Positions 20,450-30,399 are shown, counted from the stretch's first letter. The stretch: DNA of 64,000 nucleotides from an uncultured Butyricicoccus sp. (GCA_964387535.1 CAYLXH010000001.1:786-64785), one strand, 5' to 3'. A program made the numbers and translations. The notes: generated by a model not told the origin, from the letters alone.

Positions 20450-21148
20450 TTACTCCTTTACCACAATTGTTGCGAAATATCCCGCCTGTTCTCCATCAGG
20501 AAACTCTGCCAGATTGGGATACACCGCCTCCTCCGGCAAACCACAGCTGCGCACCATCGCGCTGCGGTCCCGAAGCCCGGCATCATCCAGTGCCCGCAGC
20601 ACCTTTGGCAGCTGTTTTCCGGATTTCATCAGAATTTTGGTCCCCGGCATCTCCAGAATGCCGTCAATCTCTATGCTGCCCGGCGCAATGTGCAGCGGCT
20701 GATGCATTTCGGTCAGGCTGATTCCCAGACGCGCCGCACAGGCACAGAAGCTCGGTACTCCCGGAATCATACACGTCTCATAGCCGCGCTGGTTCAGAAT
20801 CTCCATCAGGTACGAATACGTGGCATAGATAGACACATCACCCAGATTCAGCATCGCGACATCCTGTCCGCACTCCAGATACTCTGCCACCGCATCTGCC
20901 GCCGCCGCATGGGCGGCCCGAAGCTTGCTCTCGCTGCGCTCCATCGTAAATTGCAGCGGAACAACGGTCTTTTCCGACAAATCCACCGCCTGACGGGCAA
21001 TGTCATACGCCAGCATCGCGCCGCTCTTTGTCTGCGGTGCGGCAATCACCGGAACGCGCTCCAAAAGCCGAATCGCTTTGACCGTCAGGAGCTCCGGATC
21101 TCCCGGTCCGACACTCACTCCGTAAAACATCCCTTTTCTGTGTTCCAT
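20450..21148 (-). CDS. cbiL: Cobalt-precorrin-2 C20-methyltransferase
   Basis: GVSVGPGDPELLTVKA, LGDVSIYAT, IPGVPS, ILMK. Confidence 0.93.
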   Translation of the reverse strand: MEHRKGMFYGVSVGPGDPELLTVKAIRLLERVPVIAAPQTKSGAMLAYDIARQAVDLSEKTVVPLQFTMERSESKLRAAHAAAADAVAEYLECGQDVAMLNLGDVSIYATYSYLMEILNQRGYETCMIPGVPSFCACAARLGISLTEMHQPLHIAPGSIEIDGILEMPGTKILMKSGKQLPKVLRALDDAGLRDRSAMVRSCGLPEEAVYPNLAEFPDGEQAGYFATIVVKE

Positions 21149-22269
21149 TGCGTTATAATCTCCTCTGCCTGTTTGGTTTTTCCCAACATTCCATATTCAT
21201 TGGAAAACAGGACGGCTCCCACGCGGTATGCCCCCGCCGCCCGGCGCTCCAGATGCCGTTGCATGGCATCCAGCAGCCGAGCGAGCACCGCCTGACGCAA
21301 TCCTGCCTGCTCTAAAATCGCGAGGCAAGCATCTGTCGTCGCCGCATGCAGCAACTGCTCACAGACGTTCTGCCCCGCACCGCACACCGCGGCATGGGCG
21401 CAAAACAGTTCTGTGCGGCAGTCCGCCCATCGGGAGTGTGTGTTCATAATACCGCCGGCCAGCTTGACCAGCTTTCCGATATGTCCGACCAACAGCACGC
21501 GCTCCATCCCTTCCGTCGCCGCAATATCCAGCGATTCTCCGATAAAGTTGGAGCATTTGACGATCGGAACCCCCCACGCATCCATCCCGTTTTCCCCAAG
21601 AAACGTCTGTCCATAGTTTCCCGGTGTCAAAATCAGGTCATGAGAGCGCAGCGCCGCCTGATGGACCTCCACCGCAATGGTCGCCACGATTGCCTGCTCA
21701 CTCATCGGCTCGACAATGCCGGAGGTGCCCAGAATCGAAATGCCGCCCATCACCCCCAACTGCGGGTTAAAAGTCTTCTGCGCGAGCAACGCTCCGTCGG
21801 GGACTGAGATGACAACACGCAGTCCCCCTTCATGGCACAGCTGCTCACACACCGCAGTCACAGCCTGGGCAATCATTTCCCGCGGCACACGGTTGATCGC
21901 CGCACTGCCAACCGGCTGATCCAGTCCCGGTCGGGTCACACGTCCCACACCGGTACCGCCGTCAATCACAACGCCTGCGGTCGGGCTGTGTGTGACCGTG
22001 GCCACAATCTCCGTCCCGTCTGTGATGTCTGCATCGTCTCCGGCATCCTTCACAATCGAACACCAGGCGCCGCCGTCCTTCCATCCCCAGCGCTCGACAG
22101 GGACATCGACCTCCAGCCCCTTCTTTGTCATCAGCGACACATGGGGCGGAACGCAGCCGGTCAGCAGCAGCTGTGCGGCCCCAGCTGCCGCCAACGCCGC
22201 ACAGGTGCCCGTCGTATATCCACAGCGCAGAAATCTGTTTCCGCTGCGCACATAGTGTTGAAACGCCAC
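21115..22269 (-). CDS. cbiD: Cobalt-precorrin-5B C1-methyltransferase
   Basis: LRCGYTTGTCAA, KDAGDDADIT, TFNPQLG, SILGTSGIVEPMS, GHIGKLVK. Confidence 0.96.
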   Translation of the reverse strand: MAFQHYVRSGNRFLRCGYTTGTCAALAAAGAAQLLLTGCVPPHVSLMTKKGLEVDVPVERWGWKDGGAWCSIVKDAGDDADITDGTEIVATVTHSPTAGVVIDGGTGVGRVTRPGLDQPVGSAAINRVPREMIAQAVTAVCEQLCHEGGLRVVISVPDGALLAQKTFNPQLGVMGGISILGTSGIVEPMSEQAIVATIAVEVHQAALRSHDLILTPGNYGQTFLGENGMDAWGVPIVKCSNFIGESLDIAATEGMERVLLVGHIGKLVKLAGGIMNTHSRWADCRTELFCAHAAVCGAGQNVCEQLLHAATTDACLAILEQAGLRQAVLARLLDAMQRHLERRAAGAYRVGAVLFSNEYGMLGKTKQAEEIITQWNTEKGCFTE

Positions 22270-22303
22270 CGGCTCCGCTCCTCTCCGTCGTCATAGGTCC
22301 TGC

Positions 22304-23065
22304 TCACTGCAGCTGCTGTATATGTCTCCGGTACAGCTCCTGTACCGCACTCTGTTCTCCCAGCCCACGCATGGTGCAGCGAACCGTCACGCCGTCGGCT
22401 TCCAACTGGCTTTTCCAACTGTCCGGTTCCGGTCCGGCCATATCATTTCTGGCGTGGTCTCCCGCCACCAGCATCAGTGGGACAAGGTGGGCGCGTGGGT
22501 ACCGTCCGCTGATCTGCGCGCGTACGTCTGCGAAGGCAGGCCAGCCTTCCACCGTGCCGACAAACACGTCCTTCCGGCCCGCCACCCGAAACGCAGTCTG
22601 CATCGCCGGATATACCGCATTGGCAAAATGCTCCGTGCCGTGTCCCATCAATACCACCGCTTCATCATCCTGCGCCGGATACTGCTGCATCAGACAATGA
22701 ATCAGCTCGTGCAGATCCTCTGTGTCCGCGAGCATCGGCTTTCCAAACACAAACCGCGTGAACCGGGGTTCCATCTGATCCGCTGTGTGCTTCATCTTGT
22801 CGTACTCGATGCCGTACAGCATATGGGTCGGCTGAACGATAACATCGGTATACCCCGCCGCGGCAAGCTGTTCCAGCAGCTCGTCCAGCGGCAGAATCGT
22901 CTCTCCCCGCTCCTTCAGTTTCCGCCGAATGGTCGGACTGGTAAACGCCCGAAAGAACTCCCGATCCGGCGCCTCTGCCCGGATCACATCTTCCACCGCC
23001 GTGATGCAGATGCGTGCTTCTGCCACTGTGGTTCCAAAACTGACCACGACCAATGCCTGCTTCAT
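22304..23065 (-). CDS. cbiK: Sirohydrochlorin cobaltochelatase
   Basis: VSFGT, AFTS, MGHGT, LMLVAGDHARND. Confidence 0.95.
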   Translation of the reverse strand: MKQALVVVSFGTTVAEARICITAVEDVIRAEAPDREFFRAFTSPTIRRKLKERGETILPLDELLEQLAAAGYTDVIVQPTHMLYGIEYDKMKHTADQMEPRFTRFVFGKPMLADTEDLHELIHCLMQQYPAQDDEAVVLMGHGTEHFANAVYPAMQTAFRVAGRKDVFVGTVEGWPAFADVRAQISGRYPRAHLVPLMLVAGDHARNDMAGPEPDSWKSQLEADGVTVRCTMRGLGEQSAVQELYRRHIQQLQ

Positions 23066-23081
23066 TTCGTTGCTCCTCTTA

Positions 23082-23897
23082 TTATGTTCTCATTGCCTCT
23101 GTTTGTTGCCTCAGCTCCTGCATCGTGCGCGGGAGCGGAATCCCCAGCAGCTCTCCCACCTGATACAGGACGGGCTGCTCCAGATGACACCGTTCCAGCA
23201 GCTCAACGTCCGCAAAAATCGTCTCCGGCGCGGCATCCGCCGCCAGTTTTCCGTCGTGAAATACCAGCACGCGTTCCGCCCACTTCCATGCAAAATTTAC
23301 ATCGTGTGTTGCCACCGCAAGCGCCAGTCCCTGCTGCTCCAGCATCGCCAGATTGCGCTCCAACAGCCGGTTGTTGGCGGGATCCAATCCCGCAGCCGGT
23401 TCATCCAGCAGCATCAGCTCGGGCTCCATCGCCAGCACATCTGCGATCGAAACCCTCTTTTTCTCGCCGCCGGACAAATACTGCGGCGGACGAAGCCGAA
23501 GCTCCTCCAGATGCAGACGGGCAATCGACTGATCAACCCGCCGTCGCACCTCCTCCGTCGGCAGATGCAGATTCATCGGCCCAAAGCTGATCTCCTCTTC
23601 CACGGTTCCGGCCAGCAGCTGCACATCCGGATCCTGAAAGACAAGACCCACACCGCGCCGCAGCCGGTTTCGTTCCTTGGCACGCCTTCCCACCGGTGTT
23701 CCCTTAAACATAACCCGTCCCGAACGCGGTGTCAATACCCCATTGGCCAATAGAAAAAAAGTTGATTTTCCCGCGCCATTGTTGCCCAGAACAGCAATCT
23801 TCTCTCCGGCACAAATGGACACGGAGCACTGCGTCAAGGCCTCCCTGTGTTCTTCATACGCATAGGAAACCTGCTCAAACCGTAGTATCTCTTGCAT
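23082..23897 (-). CDS. cbiO: Cobalt ECF transporter ATPase
   Basis: GNNGAGKST, VFQDPD, LSGGEKKRV, LLDEP. Confidence 0.93.
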   Translation of the reverse strand: MQEILRFEQVSYAYEEHREALTQCSVSICAGEKIAVLGNNGAGKSTFFLLANGVLTPRSGRVMFKGTPVGRRAKERNRLRRGVGLVFQDPDVQLLAGTVEEEISFGPMNLHLPTEEVRRRVDQSIARLHLEELRLRPPQYLSGGEKKRVSIADVLAMEPELMLLDEPAAGLDPANNRLLERNLAMLEQQGLALAVATHDVNFAWKWAERVLVFHDGKLAADAAPETIFADVELLERCHLEQPVLYQVGELLGIPLPRTMQELRQQTEAMRT

Positions 23898-23906
23898 ATT
23901 CTATCC

Positions 23907-24818
23907 TCACCATGTCGCCGCCACTCCCACAAACATGCTCCCGATCAAGCCCAGCATTGTGCACAGCGGTACTGCTGTCACCCGCTTGTTCTCGCGCTCC
24001 AAAAAACGGATTTCTCCGTCATAGCACCGACTTTCCATCGCATCCAGACAGGCCTCGGCGCGCCGAAAGCTGCGTGCCAGCAGATTTCCATACAGCTTCC
24101 CTGTGGTCCATATGCTCTGACGCATCCCGTCAAATCCCAGCCGGCTCGCCGCAGCGTCCTTCATGTCATGACACGTAGACAACAGAACAAAAATATACCG
24201 GTAGATCAGCACGGCCAGTTCCAGAACAATGTCCGGAATCCGCGCTTTCCTCCCCACCGAAATCAATTCCGATATCGGCGTGGACAAGCTGAGAAAATAC
24301 AGACAGCTCACCGCTCCAAACGCCCGTGCCATCACCAGACGCGCGATTTCCTGATTTTCCGCAGTAATCACCAGCCAGCCCTGAGCCAGCGGCACGGTCC
24401 AAACGCCATTCGGCACCGATGCATAATCCCACAGCAGCACAATGCCGGAAAACAGCAGGAACACCGCCGGAAGGGCGAGCAGCGACAAGTAATCGTGCAT
24501 CTCCATGCCGCCAACTGCAACCGTCAGCACCAGCATCACCGCACACAGCAGCAGCGGCGGCCACGGGCTGTGCGAACAAACACACAGAATCAGCAGCAAC
24601 AACGCGCTGATGGTTTTAAATACCGGGTTCCATGCCGACAGTCGGGAGCGCTGTGCATACTGGTCAATCGTCACCACTCCGCTGTGAGAATGATGTCCAA
24701 GCCGAAGAAAAACGCCCACACTGCCCGCGCACAGTATCACCAGCGGCACGGTCGGAACGGTGCCCACAAACAAACACGCCACCAAAAAGGCGGTTACCAT
24801 CGCAGTAAGTACCAGCAT
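23907..24818 (-). CDS. cbiQ: Cobalt ECF transporter T component
   Basis: LIYRYIFVL, A..SRLG, AMESRCYDG. Confidence 0.92.
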   Translation of the reverse strand: MLVLTAMVTAFLVACLFVGTVPTVPLVILCAGSVGVFLRLGHHSHSGVVTIDQYAQRSRLSAWNPVFKTISALLLLILCVCSHSPWPPLLLCAVMLVLTVAVGGMEMHDYLSLLALPAVFLLFSGIVLLWDYASVPNGVWTVPLAQGWLVITAENQEIARLVMARAFGAVSCLYFLSLSTPISELISVGRKARIPDIVLELAVLIYRYIFVLLSTCHDMKDAAASRLGFDGMRQSIWTTGKLYGNLLARSFRRAEACLDAMESRCYDGEIRFLERENKRVTAVPLCTMLGLIGSMFVGVAATW

Positions 24819-24881
24819 AATCCATTCCTTTGAACAGGCTGGGAGCTCTCCCGCGAGAGCCCACAGCCTTGTCCCCTTTCT

Positions 24882-25205
24882 TTATTGTCGATCATCCTCA
24901 CTGTTGGAATACTTTTTTCGTGCAACCAGATATCCAAATCCGAATGCAACAATGCCGACGCCGATTCCCGTCTGTACGCAGAAAAACAGACTCTCTACCT
25001 CACCAGGCAGTTCGCCTCCGATCATCTGCTCCAGAACCGGAGTAAACCACGGTTCATACTCAGCTCCGGTGATCTGTGCCACCATATCGCTGCCCGCATC
25101 GTCGCTTCCTCCGAACTCCGCTCCCTTCAGGGCAAACAGCGGAACCAGAGCAATCAGCAGCGCCAAAACAATCGCTGTCAGAACAAGTGTCCTATTCTTT
25201 TTCAT
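24882..25205 (-). CDS. cbiN: Cobalt transport protein CbiN
   Basis: EFGGSDD, YEPWF, GEVESLFFCVQ. Confidence 0.95.
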   Translation of the reverse strand: MKKNRTLVLTAIVLALLIALVPLFALKGAEFGGSDDAGSDMVAQITGAEYEPWFTPVLEQMIGGELPGEVESLFFCVQTGIGVGIVAFGFGYLVARKKYSNSEDDRQ

Positions 25206-25206
25206 C

Positions 25207-25956
25207 TCACTTGCCCTCCTTCAGAAATCCGATCGCGCGCAGCTCCGGTCTTGCATAGCTCTCAAGTCCAATGACAATAATCATCGTCAGCAACCCTTCA
25301 AGAATCGCCAACGGCACCTGGGTCGGTGCAAACACCCCCAGAAACTGTACCGCACTGGCCATGACGCCTCCATTGGAACTGGGATACGCCAGGGCCAGCT
25401 GAATGCTCGTTACACAATATGTAAACAGATCACCGAGCGCAGCGGCGAGAAAGACACACACACGGTTGGAAAGGTTTGCCTTTCGAGCCATCTTGTATAA
25501 AAGGGCGCTGAGAATTGGGCCTGCAATCGCCATGCTGAACGTATTGGCTCCCAACGTAGTCAGACCTCCATGAGCCAGCAGAAGCGCCTGAAACACCAGA
25601 ACAATAATGCCGAGAATGGCGGCTGCCGGCACCCCAAACAGAATACTGGTCAGCCCTGTGCCCGTCATATGGCTGCAGCTGCCGGTGACAGACGGAATTT
25701 TCAGTGATGAAATCACAAAGACAAAGGCACCGGACATCGCCAGGATCAGCATCGTTTTTCGCTGCTCCTGTGCAATCCTGCGCACCGAAAGAACACCCGC
25801 CACAAGGAACGGGATACAAATGACACCCCACGCAATGCAGTGCGGTGCAGGAAGGTAGCCCTCCATAATGTGCATTGCTCCGGCTCTCTGGGGTACACAG
25901 AGTGCAGCGCAAAGCACCATGGAAAACGCCAATAACAGTTTTTCATAACGCTTCAT
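25207..25956 (-). CDS. cbiM: Cobalt ECF transporter S component
   Basis: Signal peptide then AMHIMEG; [14 protein letters not shown]; ATG 25956 after AGGAGG. Confidence 0.95.
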   Translation of the reverse strand: MKRYEKLLLAFSMVLCAALCVPQRAGAMHIMEGYLPAPHCIAWGVICIPFLVAGVLSVRRIAQEQRKTMLILAMSGAFVFVISSLKIPSVTGSCSHMTGTGLTSILFGVPAAAILGIIVLVFQALLLAHGGLTTLGANTFSMAIAGPILSALLYKMARKANLSNRVCVFLAAALGDLFTYCVTSIQLALAYPSSNGGVMASAVQFLGVFAPTQVPLAILEGLLTMIIVIGLESYARPELRAIGFLKEGK

Positions 25957-26106
25957 CGAAATATTTCCTCCTTGTTGAAGTTTTGATCCGCTGCGAGAGC
26001 TCATTTTTTCAACAGAAAAAGCCACCTTCACAGCCAATCCAACCTGTTCGTGATAACAATATCGTCCGATTGCATCACGTTCTTCTGCCGTTTTTCCGGC
26101 AGTATC

Positions 26107-26280
26107 GCAAAAGGGCAGGTCTTCCGGCTCAGATTTCCTCGTCCGACATCCACCTTCCCACAAGTGTACCCCTCGCAGTGGCATTTCGATGCAGACTCCA
26201 TCCCAACGGCGGCGGTCCCGCATGGTCTTTCACCATTTCTCTATTCTCCCAAAGGCACAGCCTTCAGGCACCCTTTTGAC
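26107..26280 (-). ncRNA. Cobalamin riboswitch, long (class I-like) aptamer
   Basis: Minus strand: AAUAGAGAA..GGUGAAAGACC..GCCACUG..GGGAAGG..GAGCCGGAAGACCUGCC B12 box; closing AAAAGG/CCUUUU helix; upstream of cbiM. Confidence 0.9.
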
Positions 26281-26372
26281 GTCGTTTGTTTCCGATCTCC
26301 CTGTCGGAGGAAATCGGATCATTTAGACTCCCCCCATGACGTTCTCCGTCATCCCTTCGGTTCCCACAAAGC

Positions 26373-26398
26373 AAAAACGTGCATCGGAACGATGCACG
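26373..26398 (-). terminator. Intrinsic terminator of the upstream riboswitch
   Basis: CGTGCATCG-ttc-CGATGCACG followed by TTTTT on the minus strand. Confidence 0.8.
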
Positions 26399-26399
26399 C

Positions 26400-26570
26400 A
26401 GACAAGAGATGCCGGTATTCAGCATCTCTGCACGCGCCTCCGGTTCCGGCAGAAGCACCGCCCTCTTCCACGTATCTGACTCATCCCCAAGGGGCTTCAC
26501 AGTGACCGACTCGCCGGGCTTTTCACCCGATTCCGTGTGCTGCACACAGCAGCTGAACAAGGCTATCTGT
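26400..26570 (-). ncRNA. Second, compact (class II-like) cobalamin riboswitch
   Basis: Minus strand: CACGGAA-UCGGGUGAAAAGCCCGG-..-CACUGUGAA-GCCCCUUGGGG-AUGAGUCAGAUACGUG core without the P8-P12 extension, followed by a P13-like hairpin. Confidence 0.72.
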
Positions 26571-26583
26571 TTAATTCTTTGTC

Positions 26584-26613
26584 AGTATAGCATACTTTCC
26601 ACCGATGATTCAA
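26584..26613 (-). promoter_or_regulatory. SigA-type promoter of the cob/cbi operon
   Basis: TTGAAT-18-TATACT with extended -10 TG. Confidence 0.65.
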
Positions 26614-26679
26614 TGGGATTGCACATTTTTCTCTCCGAAACGGAGTTTCCTTTTGCGCGACCATGAGGTACTCCCACCA

Positions 26680-29265
26680 TCAAAAATTTCGCGGCTTTCC
26701 CTTTGCGGCCAGCCACATCCGACGCACCCAGTCCGCCGGAATCACCAAAAATGCCAGCCCCGCCGTGACCGCCAGCTCCGACGGTGTCAGAGGGACGGTG
26801 CGGAACAGGCTTCCTCCAAAGTACAAAATCACCACCTGAACCGCGATAACCATGCCCATAATCAGCACAAACATCGGGTTTTTATTGATGTGCGCCAACA
26901 GATTCAGCCGATGGGTTCGCGCATTAAACGCGTTAAACACGCCGCTGAAAATAAAAAGAGCAAAAAATGCCGTCAGCAGACGAACTGGTTCCACCGTGTA
27001 ATCCATCCACGCACGCACCGGCGGAAGCCACAAAAACAGCACACACAGCAGTACTGTGAACGCACCGGTACTCGCAATCTGTCCCGTCATATATTGGTTT
27101 AATACCGGCTCATCCCGCTGCTTGGGCGGCTCCTGCATATATTCTTCGAGCGGCGGCTCTCCGGAAAACGCCAATCCCGCCAGCGTATCCATAATCAGAT
27201 TAATCCACAGCATCTGCATCACAGTGACCGGCGTGTCAATTCCAATCAGCGGCCCTGCAATGGACACCCCCACCGCACATACATTCATGGTCAGCTGAAA
27301 GACCAGAAATTTGCGGATGCTCTTAAAAATTGTGCGTCCATACAAAACCGCACGCGCAATCGAGGCCAAATTGTCATCCGCAATCACAATGTCCCCCGCT
27401 TCCTGTGCAACCTCCGTGCCGCTTCCCATGGCAAAGCCAATGTCCGCCAACCGCAGTGCCGGGGCATCGTTGACCCCATCCCCCGTCATTCCCGTCACCA
27501 GCCCGCGCGCCTGGGCCGCCGCCACCAAGCGCGTCTTGTCCTGCGGCATGGCCCGCGCCACAACCCGCAGCCGAGGCAGCGCCTGCAGCAGCTCCTCATC
27601 ACTCATCGCCGCCAGCTGTCGGTGGTCATAAACCCCATCTTGTTCGGTTTTCAGCAGTCCGGCCTGTCTGGCGATCGCCTTTGCCGTGTCCACACTATCA
27701 CCGGTCAGCATTACCAGCCGGATGCCCGCCTGCTCTAACTGTCGGACTGCCGGTGCGGTCTCCCGCCTCAGCGGATCACGCAGAACAACGGCGGCAGTCA
27801 GCATCAATCCATCCGGAAGCCCGTGCTCCACACTCAGCTGTGTTGTGGCAAGCAGCAGCACCCGTCCTCCATTTGCCGCCTCCCGGGCGATGTTCTCCTG
27901 CAGTCTCCTCCGTTCAAACACCCCAGTGGTTCCATCCGGAAGCAGACAATGCGTGCAGCGCGGCAGCAGAATTTCCGGCGCACCGCGCACCAGCGTCAAC
28001 GCCCGCCCGGTCAGCCGAATCGCTGCATATTTTTTCTCCGAATCAAATGCAATGCGCTGCGCCGTTTGTTCCTGCGGCATTCCGGCAATCATCGGCAACA
28101 CGGCTTGAAGCATCGCGCGATCTGTCGCATTGCCGCCGACCACTTGGTCACCGGATACCGCTGCTGCCGTGTTATATCGTCCGTCTGCGCAGACCAGCCC
28201 AAACAGTGCCGGTGCCCCGGTCTGAAGCGCTGCCACACCATCAATCCGGGTTCCATCCCCGCACAGGAACGCATCTGCGGTCATCCGGCCGCTGGTCAGC
28301 GTACCGGTTTTGTCCGTAAACAAGATATTCAGGCTTCCCGCGGTCTCAATCCCAGTCAGACGGCGCACCAGTACATGTCCGCGCATCATGCGAACCACAT
28401 TGGCCGACAGCACCACCGTGATCATCATTGGAAGTCCCTCCGGTACTGCAACCACGATCACAGTCACCGCCAGGGTCACCGCATGCAGCACATGCGACAG
28501 CTGCTCGCCCAGCGGCTGCTGCAGCCCATTTTGTACAAAAAACGAGAGGAACAAATCGGATCCCGCCACCAGCGCTGCCGCCGCAATGCCCAGTCGACTG
28601 ATCACGCCCGCCAGATGTTCCAGCCGCAAATGCAGTGGGCTGTCCCTCGTCTCCTCCTGAACCTGGCTGGCCATGCTCCCATAGGTCGTGTCCTTGCCGA
28701 CCGCCGTGACCTCCATCTCTCCTTCTCCCGACAAAATCACACTGCCGCGCAGCAGCTTTGGGTCATCCGGCCGCAGCCAGATTTCCCGGCTCTCTCCCGT
28801 CAGCGCGGACAAGTCAGCCTGTAATTCTCCGCACAGCAGCCAGCCGTCTGCCGGAATACGCTCTCCGCTCTGCAGCAGCACGCGGTCCCCCACCACCAGT
28901 TCTTCCACCGCGACACTTTGCAAAACGCCGTCCCGCCGTACGCGGGCCTGCATCCGCGCAGCCTCCTCCTGCATGCGTTGGAAGGCTGCGTCACTTCCAT
29001 ATTCGGACAGCGCCGAGAGAAATGTCGCCAAAAACACCGCCGCTGCAATGCCTGCTGTTTCAAACCATGGCGCTCCGCGCAGTAGAAACAGTGCGTTGAT
29101 GGCAAGGGCAATCAATAAAATTCGGATAATCGGATCGCCGAATCCGGACAAAACCTTGTTCCAAAATCCGCTCCGCGCCTGCTGTTCCAGCGCATTGCTT
29201 CCATGTTCTCTTCGGGACCGCAGAACCTCCTGCGTGCTCAATCCTCCGCTCCCTGTCATCGCCAT
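26680..29265 (-). CDS. Calcium-translocating P-type ATPase (P2)
   Basis: LTGES, VPEGLP, DKTGTLT, MLTGD, TGDGVNDAPAL, WINLIMD. Confidence 0.93.
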   Translation of the reverse strand: MAMTGSGGLSTQEVLRSRREHGSNALEQQARSGFWNKVLSGFGDPIIRILLIALAINALFLLRGAPWFETAGIAAAVFLATFLSALSEYGSDAAFQRMQEEAARMQARVRRDGVLQSVAVEELVVGDRVLLQSGERIPADGWLLCGELQADLSALTGESREIWLRPDDPKLLRGSVILSGEGEMEVTAVGKDTTYGSMASQVQEETRDSPLHLRLEHLAGVISRLGIAAAALVAGSDLFLSFFVQNGLQQPLGEQLSHVLHAVTLAVTVIVVAVPEGLPMMITVVLSANVVRMMRGHVLVRRLTGIETAGSLNILFTDKTGTLTSGRMTADAFLCGDGTRIDGVAALQTGAPALFGLVCADGRYNTAAAVSGDQVVGGNATDRAMLQAVLPMIAGMPQEQTAQRIAFDSEKKYAAIRLTGRALTLVRGAPEILLPRCTHCLLPDGTTGVFERRRLQENIAREAANGGRVLLLATTQLSVEHGLPDGLMLTAAVVLRDPLRRETAPAVRQLEQAGIRLVMLTGDSVDTAKAIARQAGLLKTEQDGVYDHRQLAAMSDEELLQALPRLRVVARAMPQDKTRLVAAAQARGLVTGMTGDGVNDAPALRLADIGFAMGSGTEVAQEAGDIVIADDNLASIARAVLYGRTIFKSIRKFLVFQLTMNVCAVGVSIAGPLIGIDTPVTVMQMLWINLIMDTLAGLAFSGEPPLEEYMQEPPKQRDEPVLNQYMTGQIASTGAFTVLLCVLFLWLPPVRAWMDYTVEPVRLLTAFFALFIFSGVFNAFNARTHRLNLLAHINKNPMFVLIMGMVIAVQVVILYFGGSLFRTVPLTPSELAVTAGLAFLVIPADWVRRMWLAAKGKPRNF

Positions 29266-29402
29266 CTCTCCTCCTTCCGCTTCTCACCTGATTCCAACTG
29301 TATGCGGACGCGCTGCAAAAAAGACCGCAATTTCCCGTTCCGGATTGTCCCCTTCCCCATTTCATGGTATACTGGGTGCAGCAAATCCAATGAGGTGATC
29401 TT

Positions 29403-29765
29403 ATGTTTTTCCGACGACGTCGCCAAGCTCCAGCGCAGCCCACTGAGGAGCGCTTTCCGGAACCTATGGATCCAGCACTGTACGGCCACCTGGTGGATGG
29501 GGAACTTCCCGTCGGCTGGCTGGAATTTCATCACGCTTTTTTGTCTTCTCACGATGCAATCCTATATGAGTTGGATCAGGCAAGCTGGGAAGCCCCGGAC
29601 GAACCATCCGCAGCAGCGCTGCACAGCCAGTATTTGTCTGCTTTCCACGACTATCATACCGAGTGCAAGAGCCGAGGCGAATGCTTTGTCAAATACTTTA
29701 CCGATACGCACGACGGACAGGATACGCCGCATCACAGCTGGCTTGCTGCAAACACGGTGCGCTAG
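29403..29765 (+). CDS. Hypothetical protein (120 aa)
   Basis: GAGGTG RBS; TTGTCC-17-TATACT promoter at 29345-29373; no family recognised. Confidence 0.6.
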   Translation: MFFRRRRQAPAQPTEERFPEPMDPALYGHLVDGELPVGWLEFHHAFLSSHDAILYELDQASWEAPDEPSAAALHSQYLSAFHDYHTECKSRGECFVKYFTDTHDGQDTPHHSWLAANTVR

Positions 29766-29851
29766 CGGAGTACTACCCCAGCAAAAAAAATAGAGCCGGA
29801 AGTCTGCTTCTTCCGACTCTATTCTTCCCATCCACGAATCTGTGGATGTGA

Positions 29852-30151
29852 TTATTCTTCGCTTTGCAAAAATCCGGTAACTAGCATCTGATTTCCGGCG
29901 GTTCGGATCATGACATCCAGCACTTCATCTTCCAGTTCTCCCTCTGCCCGAAAGTCAACCTCCTGATCCTCTAGTCGAAGGACACCTTGAAAGCTGCGCT
30001 TATTCCCCTCGAAGCGGACATCAGACAGCGGCAGCGGATGCCCATAAAGCTCCATCTGTCCCGTCGCCTCTGTCCCATTGTGGTCCAACTGGAGTGCTCC
30101 CGTTAGCAAACCCTCCCGACTATCCAGGAAAATTTGATATACTTCGCGCAT
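29852..30151 (-). CDS. Hypothetical acidic protein (99 aa)
   Basis: AAAGGAGG RBS before MREVYQIF; divergent from TetR. Confidence 0.7.
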   Translation of the reverse strand: MREVYQIFLDSREGLLTGALQLDHNGTEATGQMELYGHPLPLSDVRFEGNKRSFQGVLRLEDQEVDFRAEGELEDEVLDVMIRTAGNQMLVTGFLQSEE

Positions 30152-30399
30152 ATCTGCCCCTCCTTTCCGTATCGATATATCTACGTTCTGTTTGCCTATC
30201 AATGTTATTATAAATGACCGATAAATGATCCGCAAGGGACACATTGTCCGTTATCCCCACGTTTTCCTATACAATTCGCAAAATTTTGCGTAATAATTGA
30301 AACTTTTACAGTCTGTTCATAACTCGAACATATCCAAAACACATTTTCCCGTTATCATAAGAGCATATTTCAAATCGGAACGATGGAGGATATGAGCGA

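Noticed and set aside
1678-24800. Many long plus-strand ORFs (e.g. 1678..2853, 10278..11723, 15934..17304, 19982..21295)
   Set aside because: Antisense shadows of GC-rich cob genes with no recognisable motifs
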